Positions 26,570 through 36,052 of a stretch of DNA of 48,510 nt are shown piece after piece (the stretch's first letter is position 1; each line of letters opens with the position of its first letter). Location of the stretch: the NCBI GenBank assembly GCA_038108555.1, contig JAYNIA010000014.1:1-48510 (forward strand). Direction: 5' to 3'. This stretch comes from Nitrospinota bacterium (GTDB taxonomy: Bacteria > Nitrospinota > Nitrospinia > Nitrospinales > VA-1). The notes below the pieces were generated by a model, which saw only the letters and a program-made list of their open reading frames with translations, made no database searches and was not told the DNA's origin. Position numbers and translations under genes: made by a program.

Positions 26570-29500
26570 TTGACCCCTTCATTCAAGTTTTCCATCGACC
26601 GTGGCGGTACTTTCACCGATATTTATGCTGAAGTTTCTGGGGAACCCGGATTCAGAATTCTAAAACTCCTTTCAGAAAATCCCCGGCAATATCCCGATGC
26701 CCCTCTTGAAGGAATCCGCAGAATCATCGAAGAGGTAACAGGAAATCCCATAAAGGAAATTCCTCCCGGTTTGATTGAATGGGTGCGGATGGGAACCACC
26801 CTGGCCACAAACGCCTTTCTTGAGCGTAAAGGAACCCGGGCGGCTTTGCTCATTACCAAAGGGTTTGGCGATCTGCTGCAGATCGGAAAACAAAACCGGC
26901 CACATATTTTTGAATTAAAAATTGAAAAACCTTCTCCTCTTTATGAAGCCGTTCTGGAAATAGATGAAAGGGTGCGGATTCTTTCCTCTGGAAAAGTTGA
27001 AGTTTTACGCAGACCGGATTTGGAGGCAATAAAAAGTCAACTAGTTTCTCTTCGACAAAAGGGAATCGAAAGTCTGGCGATTGCTTTTTTGCATGCGTAT
27101 GTTTTTCCCGACCATGAACAGGAAATAAAAAAAATAGCAGAGCAATATGGGTTTAAAAATATTTCCCTCTCCAGTGAAGTTCTACCTTTAATCAAGCTGG
27201 TCGACCGTGGTCAAACCACTTGTCTGGATGCCTATTTGAACCTACCCATCCAGAATTATTTGAACAGTTTTAATAAAGGTTTTTCACCCTTGTTTGTCAT
27301 GCAATCCGATGGGGGCCTGGTCGAAGCTTCCGGGGTTTCGGGGTGCCGCTCTCTGTTGTCAGGTCCGGCAGGAGGCGTCGTTGGATATGCACAATCGGTT
27401 TTTGCCGACCGCCCTGTTATTGGATTCGATATGGGGGGAACCTCCACCGATGTTTCCCGCTTTGGCGGTGAATATGAATGGAGTCTGGAAAACGAAGTCG
27501 CCGGCGTGCCGGTCCAGGTACCGCAATTGAATATCAAAACCGTGGCGGCTGGCGGTGGCTCGCGACTGTTCTTTGAAAATGGAATGTTCCGGGTGGGACC
27601 GGAATCGTCAGGAGCCTACCCCGGTCCGGTTTGCTATCGAAATGGAGGTCCGCTTTCACTCACAGACGCTAACCTGATATTGGGAAGGCTGCCACATTTT
27701 CCAAAATTTTTTGGGGAGAATGAGGACCAGGATCTCGATAAAGAAAAAACGCGAAAAGCGTTTGAAGAACTTTCTGAAAAAATTTTTGAGGAAACGGGTC
27801 ATCGAAAATCCGTGGAGGAAATTGCCTGCGGTTTCATAGAAGTTGCCAATGAAAATATGTCCTGTCCCATTCAGGAAATTTCCACCGCACGTGGATTCGA
27901 TATTCGGGAGCATGTGCTCGCCTGTTTCGGTGGGGCAGGGGGACAACACGCCTGTTCCATCGCCCGGTCGCTGGGAATCTCCGAAGTTTTCCTGCACCGG
28001 TTTGCAGGTATCCTTTCTGCTTATGGAATGGGACTCGCAAATATTACCGTTGAAAAGCAGGAATCGGTGTCCGCAGAAATTGAAAATTACATTCCAGAGG
28101 ACTTGAATAAAAAACTGGATGCTCTCGAAGAATCGGCCTGCCGGGAGTTGAAGGATAAAGGGATTCAGGATTTCGAGGTGCAGCGTTTCCTGAATATGAG
28201 ACTGGAGGGTTCCGATACGACCCTGATGGTCCGACAGGTTTCTGGAACAAATATTGCGGAAGAGTTTATGAAAACCCATCAGCGGGAATTCGGATTCAAT
28301 CCACCGGGAAGAAAAATCCAGGTTCAGGATATCCGCGTTCGCGTGGAAGGGAAGAACAGGGAACCCGTCAAGCATAAAGTGAGTGCAAAAGGTGAGAAGG
28401 TGGAACCGATTTCCATTGAACCCTGTTATTTCTCGGAAGGATGGAAGGATACCCCGGTTTTTAAAATGGAATCTCTCTCAGCCGAGTCTGAAATTCGAGG
28501 TCCCGCAATTCTGCTCCAGGGAACATCTACAATTTTAATTGAACCGGGCTGCAAAGGAATGGTGAATGACACTGGAGATTTGTTGATCAAAATTCAACAC
28601 CTCATGGAAAACAGTTTGACTGCAGAACTGGACCCTGTCCAATTATCTCTCTTCGGTTCACGGTTTATGTCCATTGCGGAACAGATGGGACGAGTCTTGC
28701 AAAGGACGGCAGTATCCACAAACATCAAGGAACGTCTAGATTTTTCCTGCGCGATTTTTGATCCGCAGGGCGGACTCGTTGCCAACGCACCCCACCAGCC
28801 GGTGCATCTCGGTGCCATGGGCGAGGCCGTCAAGAAGCAAGTTGAACTTCAAGGAGAGGGATTTACTCGCTCCCCCCGTGGGGGAGAGGTATGGGTCAGC
28901 AATCATCCTGGGGTCGGGGGCAGTCATTTGCCGGATATCACGGTCGTGACTCCAGTGCTAAAGGATGGGAAGCCGGTTTTCTTCGTCGCCAACCGGGGAC
29001 ACCATGCCGATGTCGGTGGCATCACTCCCGGTTCAATGCCGCCGTTTTCAAATTCCATCCAGGAAGAGGGGGCCTGCATCAAAACGTTTAAGCTCGTAAA
29101 GGACGGAGTATTTCAGGAAGAAGGCATTAAAAAAATTCTTAAAGAAGCCGGGACACGTTCCCTGGCAGATAATATTTCCGATTTGAAAGCCCAGGTGGCC
29201 GCCAATCAGAAAGGGATTGCTTTGCTCAATGAATTGATCGACTCCTGCTCAATTGAAGTTGTTCAGGCTTATATGAAGCACTTGCAGGACAACGCGAGCG
29301 ATTCGGTTCGAAATTTATTGCGCTCCTTTTGTGGCGAAAAAGAGGAAATCAATTTGAATGCGAAAGATTGTCTCGATGACGGTAGCGAAATCCAATTGAA
29401 TTTAAAGGTGAATAAAAAGGGTGGCCATGCCACCTTTGATTTTAGGGGGACGTCGAAACAATTGCCGGGAAATCTGAATGTGCCGAAAGCTGTGACTCGT

Positions 29501-30181
29501 TCTGCGGTTCTTTATTGTCTGCGCTGTCTCATTGACAGCGATATTCCTCTGAATCAGGGATGTCTGAATCCGATAGAAATTTTAATTGACGACGGATCTC
29601 TGTTGGCACCAACAGAAAACGCAGCAGTGGTGGCAGGTAATGTATTGACCTCGCAGAGAATTGTGGATGTGATATTCAAGGCTCTGGGCAGTTGTGCGGC
29701 TTCGCAGGGATGCATGAACAACTTCACCTTTGGCAATGACAAGTTCGCCTATTACGAAACCATCGGCGGCGGAGCCGGGGCGGGTCCCTCCTGGCATGGA
29801 GCTTCAGGGGTCCATACGCATATGACCAACACCCGTATTACCGACCCTGAAGTTCTCGAGAAACGGTATCCGGTCCTGTTGCGCGAATTTTCTTTACGTA
29901 AAAACTCCGGTGGAAAAGGAAAATATAATGGGGGTAACGGTCTCATCAGAGAAATAGAATTTCTCGAGCCACTAACTGTAACCATTCTCTCCGAACGAAG
30001 GGAGTTTTCTCCTTACGGATTGAATGGTGGCGAGGCGGGAGCCAAAGGTCAAAACCTGCAAATCAAAAAAGACGGAACCGAAACCGACCTCGGCGGAAAA
30101 AACCAGTTCCACGCCGAACCCGGCGACCGCATCCGCATTCTCACCCCCGGCGCCGGTGGGTGCTCGGCGCACGGCCATTAG
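26570..30181 (+). CDS. Single-chain ATP-dependent 5-oxoprolinase (hydantoinase A+B fusion)
   Basis: [57 protein letters not shown] and [11 protein letters not shown] motifs. Confidence 0.95.
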   Translation: MTPSFKFSIDRGGTFTDIYAEVSGEPGFRILKLLSENPRQYPDAPLEGIRRIIEEVTGNPIKEIPPGLIEWVRMGTTLATNAFLERKGTRAALLITKGFGDLLQIGKQNRPHIFELKIEKPSPLYEAVLEIDERVRILSSGKVEVLRRPDLEAIKSQLVSLRQKGIESLAIAFLHAYVFPDHEQEIKKIAEQYGFKNISLSSEVLPLIKLVDRGQTTCLDAYLNLPIQNYLNSFNKGFSPLFVMQSDGGLVEASGVSGCRSLLSGPAGGVVGYAQSVFADRPVIGFDMGGTSTDVSRFGGEYEWSLENEVAGVPVQVPQLNIKTVAAGGGSRLFFENGMFRVGPESSGAYPGPVCYRNGGPLSLTDANLILGRLPHFPKFFGENEDQDLDKEKTRKAFEELSEKIFEETGHRKSVEEIACGFIEVANENMSCPIQEISTARGFDIREHVLACFGGAGGQHACSIARSLGISEVFLHRFAGILSAYGMGLANITVEKQESVSAEIENYIPEDLNKKLDALEESACRELKDKGIQDFEVQRFLNMRLEGSDTTLMVRQVSGTNIAEEFMKTHQREFGFNPPGRKIQVQDIRVRVEGKNREPVKHKVSAKGEKVEPISIEPCYFSEGWKDTPVFKMESLSAESEIRGPAILLQGTSTILIEPGCKGMVNDTGDLLIKIQHLMENSLTAELDPVQLSLFGSRFMSIAEQMGRVLQRTAVSTNIKERLDFSCAIFDPQGGLVANAPHQPVHLGAMGEAVKKQVELQGEGFTRSPRGGEVWVSNHPGVGGSHLPDITVVTPVLKDGKPVFFVANRGHHADVGGITPGSMPPFSNSIQEEGACIKTFKLVKDGVFQEEGIKKILKEAGTRSLADNISDLKAQVAANQKGIALLNELIDSCSIEVVQAYMKHLQDNASDSVRNLLRSFCGEKEEINLNAKDCLDDGSEIQLNLKVNKKGGHATFDFRGTSKQLPGNLNVPKAVTRSAVLYCLRCLIDSDIPLNQGCLNPIEILIDDGSLLAPTENAAVVAGNVLTSQRIVDVIFKALGSCAASQGCMNNFTFGNDKFAYYETIGGGAGAGPSWHGASGVHTHMTNTRITDPEVLEKRYPVLLREFSLRKNSGGKGKYNGGNGLIREIEFLEPLTVTILSERREFSPYGLNGGEAGAKGQNLQIKKDGTETDLGGKNQFHAEPGDRIRILTPGAGGCSAHGH

Positions 30182-30204
30182 GTCAGAACCCAAATTGCGA
30201 AACT

Positions 30205-30270
30205 AACCCCCTCAAGCTTCTGGATGGAATCTTATGTTCCCCCTTGTTAAGGGGGGACTGAGGGGGGGTT
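30205..30270. repeat. REP-like GC-rich palindrome
   Basis: Inner hairpin TCCCCCTT-GTT-AAGGGGG; outer arms AACCCCCTCA and TGAGGGGGGGTT; lies between convergent genes. Confidence 0.65.
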
Positions 30271-30282
30271 GCTCTTTTTATT

Positions 30283-30398
30283 TATCGTGAGTGACCAGAG
30301 GGAACGTGGCGGTCATATTCTACCTTTGCTTTTGTGCCCGGAACAGGTAGATTCAGTTTTATTGGAATGCTGGATTGCTTCGCTTTGCTCGCAATGAC
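30283..30398. repeat. Degenerate RPE/REP-like palindromic element
   Basis: Right arm GATTGCTTCGCTTTGCTCGCAATGAC resembles the widespread GTCATTGCGAG...GCAATC extragenic palindromes; decayed left arm TATCGTGAGTGACCAGAGGGAACGTGGCGGTC. Confidence 0.55.
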
Positions 30399-30419
30399 GA
30401 TTTTGAAAACTCCACTTTA

Positions 30420-31436
30420 TTAGCTGATGTTTAAAACAACCTTGATTTCTTTCGAGGCGGACTCGAGTGCGGATTGCGTTTCTTCCAGCGGGCGGGTGGA
30501 GGTGATGAGGGATTTCAGTTTGTCCTGATGTTCTTGAATGATTTCCAGTGCGGGTTTGAACGGACCGCAACGTGATCCTTGCAAACGGATTTCATCCACC
30601 ACCAGTTTTGTCATGTCGATTCCAGTGGCCGGAAGTCCGCAGGTGGTTTTGCAGGCTATCGTTCCACGGGGACGAACGAGTTGGAGTGCTTGTGTGATTC
30701 CATCGGGATGACCCGTGGTGTCGACAACCATGTCGGCTCCCAATCCTTCCGTTAAATTTTTTATTTCATCCATGGAGTTTTCTGGCGCGAAAGCGTGTTG
30801 AGCTCCGAAATCCATTGCACGATTTCTTTTGGCTTTGCTTCGTGACACGGAGATGGCTTTGATACCATTTAAAGACGCGGCGAAGATGATTAGGATACCG
30901 AGTCTTCCCGGTCCCAATACCACGAGCGTTTCATCTTTTTGCATCGGTGACATTTCAAAGGTTTGCAGGGCTGCAGCGAGAGGTTCCGTTAATGTTGCTA
31001 CGAGCGGATCAACATTCGATGGGATTTCGTGTAGGCATCCAGCAGCGACTCTGACTTCATCGGCGAAGGAACCTTCGTGGTTGATGATTCCCGTCACCGT
31101 CCGCGTTAAACAATGCGAGGGAACCCCTTTTGCACAGGCAACGCAAAATGGTTTTCTTTCATAAGCAATACAGGTGTTGTTGATTTCAGCGGTGACGGTT
31201 TTACCGATCCATTTATTATCCACTCCGTCCCCGACTTCTTTTACTTTGCCAGTGAATTCGTGTCCGCAAACATGCGGGTAGGGGACGGGATAGTCTCCGT
31301 GGAACAGTGCCAGGTCGGTTCCGCAAACACCTGTGTGTCGAACTTCGATAATGGCTTCGCCGGGTCCGGCGTGCAGAGTTTCACGTTCCTTGATTTCTAT
31401 TTTTCCGGGGGCAATTAATTGTGTGATACGTGGCAT
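30420..31436 (-). CDS. Zinc-dependent alcohol dehydrogenase (MDR family)
   Basis: GVCGTD, GHEF.G, four-Cys structural Zn lobe, EPLA and G.G.LG Rossmann motif; start moved to ATG 31436 (MPRITQ). Confidence 0.93.
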   Translation of the reverse strand: MPRITQLIAPGKIEIKERETLHAGPGEAIIEVRHTGVCGTDLALFHGDYPVPYPHVCGHEFTGKVKEVGDGVDNKWIGKTVTAEINNTCIAYERKPFCVACAKGVPSHCLTRTVTGIINHEGSFADEVRVAAGCLHEIPSNVDPLVATLTEPLAAALQTFEMSPMQKDETLVVLGPGRLGILIIFAASLNGIKAISVSRSKAKRNRAMDFGAQHAFAPENSMDEIKNLTEGLGADMVVDTTGHPDGITQALQLVRPRGTIACKTTCGLPATGIDMTKLVVDEIRLQGSRCGPFKPALEIIQEHQDKLKSLITSTRPLEETQSALESASKEIKVVLNIS

Positions 31437-31443
31437 AAGGAAG

Positions 31444-32172
31444 TTAACCCTTTTGCTTTCCTTTTTGTTTGTCTCTCCACAATATAAGCCAATGTTGCAG
31501 CAGTTTGATAGGTTGGGTACCACGGAATTTTCGGCGTTTGATTTTTGGGGTTGCATCGTGTTGTAGTTTTGCGATGACGGTAGAACCTACTGCTTCTTCG
31601 ATGACCACTCCACGTTGTGCGTGTTCGAGTTTTTTGGATTCGCAGATACCACGGAAGGCCACCACCATGCGGCAGTCGAGCGGACGGTCTTCGTAAATCC
31701 GGCAAGCACCTTCGTCGTTTAAGAAAGGGCAGGGCTGATTGATAACGAGCCTGTGCCAGTCGACCTGATCCAGGTTTTTTCCGGAGTTAATCACTTCATC
31801 CACTTTCCGGATGGTCCGTTGCGATTTCTCTATGATTTCGTTGAGGTCGATTCCCTTTTCTTCAACGTATTTTAGGATGCCGTCCCATTCCACCTGCGTA
31901 CAGGTCACACCGGTATGGCAGCAGTGGTCGCATCCCCGATGGCATTGCAAAGGCGGTACGCCTTCGTGATAGACCTTTTCGAGGTGTTTCCAGAACATTC
32001 TCAGGGGAGAAGTTTTTTCCAGTTTGGCCTGGTCCTTGGAAAACTGGACCAGGGTTTCGTAAGCCTGTTGGATTTGGTTTTCTGGGAATTTGTGTTGCAG
32101 GAATTTGCCAAGTTCATCGGTATGGGTCATTCCATAGATGAACATTCCATTTTGATCGGTTTGCAGGGACAT
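31444..32172 (-). CDS. YkgJ-family cysteine-cluster (Zn/Fe-chelating) protein
   Basis: CHRGCDHCC and CPFL...C.IY..RP..CR motifs. Confidence 0.88.
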   Translation of the reverse strand: MSLQTDQNGMFIYGMTHTDELGKFLQHKFPENQIQQAYETLVQFSKDQAKLEKTSPLRMFWKHLEKVYHEGVPPLQCHRGCDHCCHTGVTCTQVEWDGILKYVEEKGIDLNEIIEKSQRTIRKVDEVINSGKNLDQVDWHRLVINQPCPFLNDEGACRIYEDRPLDCRMVVAFRGICESKKLEHAQRGVVIEEAVGSTVIAKLQHDATPKIKRRKFRGTQPIKLLQHWLILWRDKQKGKQKG

Positions 32173-32193
32173 TACAGATAAAATGGAAAGGGT

Positions 32194-32604
32194 TTATTGA
32201 CCGCCGGCTCCGCCCTTTGTTTTGGCGACGTATTTCATTTGCAGTTCGTAGATCAACTGCTCCAGTAATTTGTTTTCTTCTTCGTTGAGATTGCCTTTGG
32301 TTTTTTCTCGTAACATGGTCAGCATATCGATGGTCTGATGAACTGCGGGAAGGTTGGTTTCGGTTTTACCCGTTTCAGGATCGGCAATATCACCCAAATG
32401 GTAAAAAGCAGAAGAAGTCAGTGACATAATAAAGGTCGAGAAATCGATTTGAAACGGTTGTTGTGGTTGTTGGCCCGCTCCAGCCCCTTCAGGTGCAGCA
32501 CTCTCTTGCGTATCTTGAGATTCCGCTTCCTCTTCCGAGAGTTGTGAGGACCGGCTGTCTTTTATTACAAATCCTTCGCCTTCAGCTTTATCTTCGTCAC
32601 CCAT
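32194..32604 (-). CDS. DUF1844 protein
   Basis: FSTFIMSL..SA..HLG...P, IDML.ML.EKTKGNL and YELQMKYV motifs. Confidence 0.88.
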   Translation of the reverse strand: MGDEDKAEGEGFVIKDSRSSQLSEEEAESQDTQESAAPEGAGAGQQPQQPFQIDFSTFIMSLTSSAFYHLGDIADPETGKTETNLPAVHQTIDMLTMLREKTKGNLNEEENKLLEQLIYELQMKYVAKTKGGAGGQ

Positions 32605-32625
32605 AATTCACCCTTTATAAAAAAA

Positions 32626-32865
32626 TTAAGAATCTTCCTCATTCCCCAGCAGGAGGGGAACGGAAAAACCCAATACAATCATAATGAGCCCCAGCATCAG
32701 GGATAAATAACCATCACCTTCTATAAACTCCATATAAGTTTTTCCCAAAATCGGCCATTGCCTGATGATTCCCACGATGACAAAAACCGAACCCAGACCA
32801 AACAAAACCTTTTTGATCCATTGGATGCTTTGTTCCTGAGATTCAGAATCGGTTTCTTGTGACAT
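32626..32865 (-). CDS. Small membrane protein (two TM helices)
   Basis: Two hydrophobic segments; first gene of a tightly packed minus-strand cluster. Confidence 0.7.
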   Translation of the reverse strand: MSQETDSESQEQSIQWIKKVLFGLGSVFVIVGIIRQWPILGKTYMEFIEGDGYLSLMLGLIMIVLGFSVPLLLGNEEDS

Positions 32866-33009
32866 AGTCAGATAGGGTCGGTATTGGGTACTGGTTGTAG
32901 ATCAGGGGACCAGCCGCCGAAAGGGGTTAAACTCGGTTTGATGTTAGCAAATGGCCCTATTCATGTCAAAATATTAGTGTTGATTTCCACCTTCTGATAC
33001 TATTGTTTT

Positions 33010-33873
33010 ATGAACCGATTTGTCCTTGTAATATTGATGGTAACCACTGTTTTGCACGGTTGTTCATCCAGACGCATGGCAGTCGAGGCCACCTTGCCCC
33101 TCGTTGCCAGTCAAATTGTTTCGATGCAGGAAGAAAGGGATGTCGGCCTGGCTGAAAAGGCCATTCCCGCAAGCCTGAAAATGCTGGATGGCCTCGCGAA
33201 AGAAGACCCGGAAAACGTCTGGATACTTGAAAACCTTGCGGAAGGTTTTTGCAGTTACGCATTCAGTTTTCTCGAAGACACCGAACCGGAACGGGCATCC
33301 GGATTGTATTTGCGTGGAAAAAACTATGCGCTTCGAGCTCTGGAAATTCAAAGCCAGGGTAGAAAGTGGAGTGGGCTTTCGTTTGATGAATTCTCCAAAC
33401 AATTAAAGCGGGTTAAACCTGCACAGCAGGCTTCCCTTTTTTGGATGGGGCAGTGCTGGGGGAGTTGGTTATCGTTGAATCTCGATTCGGTAGAAGCTTT
33501 CAGCGATCTTCCCCGGGTAGATTTATTAATGAACCGTGTTCTTGAGCTCAATCCCAAATTTCATCATGCCGGACCCCACTTATTTCTGGGCGCTTTTTAT
33601 GGGGCGCGTAGTCGAATGCTGGGAGGAAACCCTGACAAGTCCCGCGACCATTTTGAAAAAGCTTTAAAAATAACGGAAGGGAAATATCTTCTGGTTTCCC
33701 TCCTGTACTCTAAAACCTATGCGGTGCAGAATCAGGACCGGGAATTTTTCGAAATGCAACTGAAGAAAGTTTTAAACACATCTGAAGATGTTTTGCCCGA
33801 ACAACGGCTGGCAAATCAGGTGGCAAAACAAAAAGCTAAAATTCTTATGGGAAAAATAGATGAACTATTCTAA
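33010..33873 (+). CDS. TRAP transporter T-component (TatT-like TPR lipoprotein)
   Basis: Lipobox-like LHGC; YAFSF, RA..LY.RG..Y, GG.P.K.R.HF..A and YAV..QDR..F motifs; overlaps dctP. Confidence 0.85.
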   Translation: MNRFVLVILMVTTVLHGCSSRRMAVEATLPLVASQIVSMQEERDVGLAEKAIPASLKMLDGLAKEDPENVWILENLAEGFCSYAFSFLEDTEPERASGLYLRGKNYALRALEIQSQGRKWSGLSFDEFSKQLKRVKPAQQASLFWMGQCWGSWLSLNLDSVEAFSDLPRVDLLMNRVLELNPKFHHAGPHLFLGAFYGARSRMLGGNPDKSRDHFEKALKITEGKYLLVSLLYSKTYAVQNQDREFFEMQLKKVLNTSEDVLPEQRLANQVAKQKAKILMGKIDELF

Positions 33874-34879
33874 ATCTTTTTCATTCCGGTTTTTTTGCCT
33901 GGTGCTGGCATTATTAATTTTGCTGCCAGGGTCCATAGCCTTTGCGGCAAAAAAACATGTCATTAAGTTTTCCACACTGGCCCCTGAAGGTTCGTCATGG
34001 ATGAAGTCCATGCACCGGTTTGATGTAAAATTGAAAAAGGCTACGGATGGGAATGTTGCATTCAAGTTTTATCCCGGTGGTGTTTCGGGCGATGAAAAAG
34101 ATGTGATTCGGAAAATGCGAATTGGTCAGTTGCACGGGGCCGGTTTCACTGGAGTGGGGCTGGGATCGATTCTTCCAGAGGTGAGGGTGTTGGATTTGCC
34201 TTTCCTGTTTCATTCCGATAAGGAAGTCGAGCATGTATACCAGTCCATGACAGGCTATTTCGAAGACCATTTTGAAAAAAAGGGATACATTCTACTGGGC
34301 TGGGTTCCTGTGGGCTGGGTACATTTTTTATCAAAAGATCCTATCAATTCTGTTTCAGATTTGCGTAGCGCAAAACCCTGGCTTTGGGAAGGTGACCCGC
34401 TGGTTGAAAAAGCTTATGAGGGGATGGATGTCAAACCCATCCCCCTTTCCATAACCGATGTCCTGCTCTCCTTGCAGACGGGGATGGTGGATACGGTATA
34501 TTCCTCCACACAAGGTGCACTGGTTTTGCAGTGGTTTACCAAGGTGAAGCATATTACGCGTTTGCGAATGGGTTATGCCACCGGGGGCGTATTAATTTCC
34601 AAAAGAAAATTTAAAAAGCTTCCTCCTGAATATCAGAAGATACTTAAAAAAATTGGTGCCGAATGCATGAAAGAGTTGGTGGGGGTTATCAAGAATGACA
34701 ACTTGAAAGCAGAGAAGGTTTTAGAAAATAATGGGGTTAAATGGACCCCAGCACCAGATGAAGCAACTTTAAAAGCCTTCAAACAGGCAGGCGCTGCCGC
34801 CAGAAAAAGCCTGAGTGGAAAAATGTTTTCACCAGGACTTTTGAAAAAAGTCCTGGGACATTTGGAAGAAATCCAGTGA
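33860..34879 (+). CDS. dctP: TRAP transporter substrate-binding protein DctP
   Basis: Signal peptide; TLAPEGS.W, YPGGVSGDE, KMRIGQL and LQTGMVD motifs. Confidence 0.92.
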   Translation: MNYSKSFSFRFFCLVLALLILLPGSIAFAAKKHVIKFSTLAPEGSSWMKSMHRFDVKLKKATDGNVAFKFYPGGVSGDEKDVIRKMRIGQLHGAGFTGVGLGSILPEVRVLDLPFLFHSDKEVEHVYQSMTGYFEDHFEKKGYILLGWVPVGWVHFLSKDPINSVSDLRSAKPWLWEGDPLVEKAYEGMDVKPIPLSITDVLLSLQTGMVDTVYSSTQGALVLQWFTKVKHITRLRMGYATGGVLISKRKFKKLPPEYQKILKKIGAECMKELVGVIKNDNLKAEKVLENNGVKWTPAPDEATLKAFKQAGAAARKSLSGKMFSPGLLKKVLGHLEEIQ

Positions 34880-34898
34880 CCCCTGGATTTGTTTTGGA

Positions 34899-35933
34899 TC
34901 AGTTAAAGAATGTTTCGATTTTTGCTTGTTTTTTGAGCTTTTCGACATAAACAGAAACATGCTTTTTTGCCTCTTCAAGGAAGAGGTGCTTTTGGATGCC
35001 CGGTTTCATATCTTCGAAGGGTGCCATTTCAGATGGTTTTTTTTCGATGAGTTGAATGACATGGTAACCAAAACGTGTTTTTATTTTTCCCGATGTTTCC
35101 CCGGGTTTCAATTTTCCCGCAGCTTCATCAAAGCTGGCTTCAAAGATACCTTTGTAGATAAAATCCAGATCTCCACCACTATCCCGAGATGATTCATCGT
35201 CAGACCGGGTTTTTGCAAGTTCCTCAAAATCGGCACCGTTTTTTAGTTCTTCAATAACCTTTTCGATTTTTTCTTCCGCTATTTTATCGAAGTATTCTTT
35301 ATTTTTTCTGAGCTCTTCAATGGTTTGGTTTTTTAATGCTTCGGGCGGGAAATAGGCAGCCAGAATGTGCCGTGTGTGATATGCCTCGGGACGAAAAAAT
35401 TTGGATTTGTTATCTTCGTAGTATTTCTTTACTTCTTCATCGGAGATGTTGATTTTTCCTTTGATCTGCTCGTTAAGCAACTTGCGGGCGCTTATGTCAA
35501 TCTCCATTGACTTTTTTATTTCTTCAAGATTTATATTTCGCGCCTGCAGGGCTTTATTAAATTCTTCTTCGGATTTGTAGGCTGAACGGAGGGATTCAAG
35601 CTCTTTTTCAATAATTTTCTTGTCGATTTCAAGGTTTTCTTTTTTTCCTTGTTGATTGACCAGTTCGCGAACGACTTCTTTTTCAATGAGGTCTTTAACA
35701 ATGCTGGTTTTTTCTTTAACGGTCAGGGGACGGTTAACGGTCCTTTGAATTTGGGTTAACCGGAATTTAACGTAATTGGAGTTGATATCTGTTCCATTTA
35801 CACGGGCGACTATGTCGGGAATTTCAATTTTAAGTTTAGGGCTGGGTCGCGTTTGTGCCTTAGAAAGCTTTGGAAATGCAGAAAGGGAAAGGAAACTAAA
35901 AACGACCAGGGAAAGAATAGAGCGAATCTTCAT
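34899..35933 (-). CDS. PpiC-type peptidyl-prolyl isomerase (SurA/PrsA-like)
   Basis: Signal peptide; VARVNG, RHIL, FEELAK..SDD, GGDL and TRFGYHVI motifs. Confidence 0.92.
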   Translation of the reverse strand: MKIRSILSLVVFSFLSLSAFPKLSKAQTRPSPKLKIEIPDIVARVNGTDINSNYVKFRLTQIQRTVNRPLTVKEKTSIVKDLIEKEVVRELVNQQGKKENLEIDKKIIEKELESLRSAYKSEEEFNKALQARNINLEEIKKSMEIDISARKLLNEQIKGKINISDEEVKKYYEDNKSKFFRPEAYHTRHILAAYFPPEALKNQTIEELRKNKEYFDKIAEEKIEKVIEELKNGADFEELAKTRSDDESSRDSGGDLDFIYKGIFEASFDEAAGKLKPGETSGKIKTRFGYHVIQLIEKKPSEMAPFEDMKPGIQKHLFLEEAKKHVSVYVEKLKKQAKIETFFN

Positions 35934-36052
35934 ATAAAATACTTTTTGAATGGGTTATTAAATGCGATTGGGTGAAGGATATCATCCATGAAATGGAGTT
36001 GCAATACCTCAAATTGACTGCTTGGGAAGGGTGTGGGAGAATCCGAAGTTCT

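Noticed and set aside
27656..28375. 239-aa minus-strand ORF
   Set aside because: Antisense to the oxoprolinase gene
31437..31556. N-terminal extension of the Zn-dependent dehydrogenase
   Set aside because: Overlaps the upstream YkgJ-like gene; the family-like sequence begins at ATG 31436
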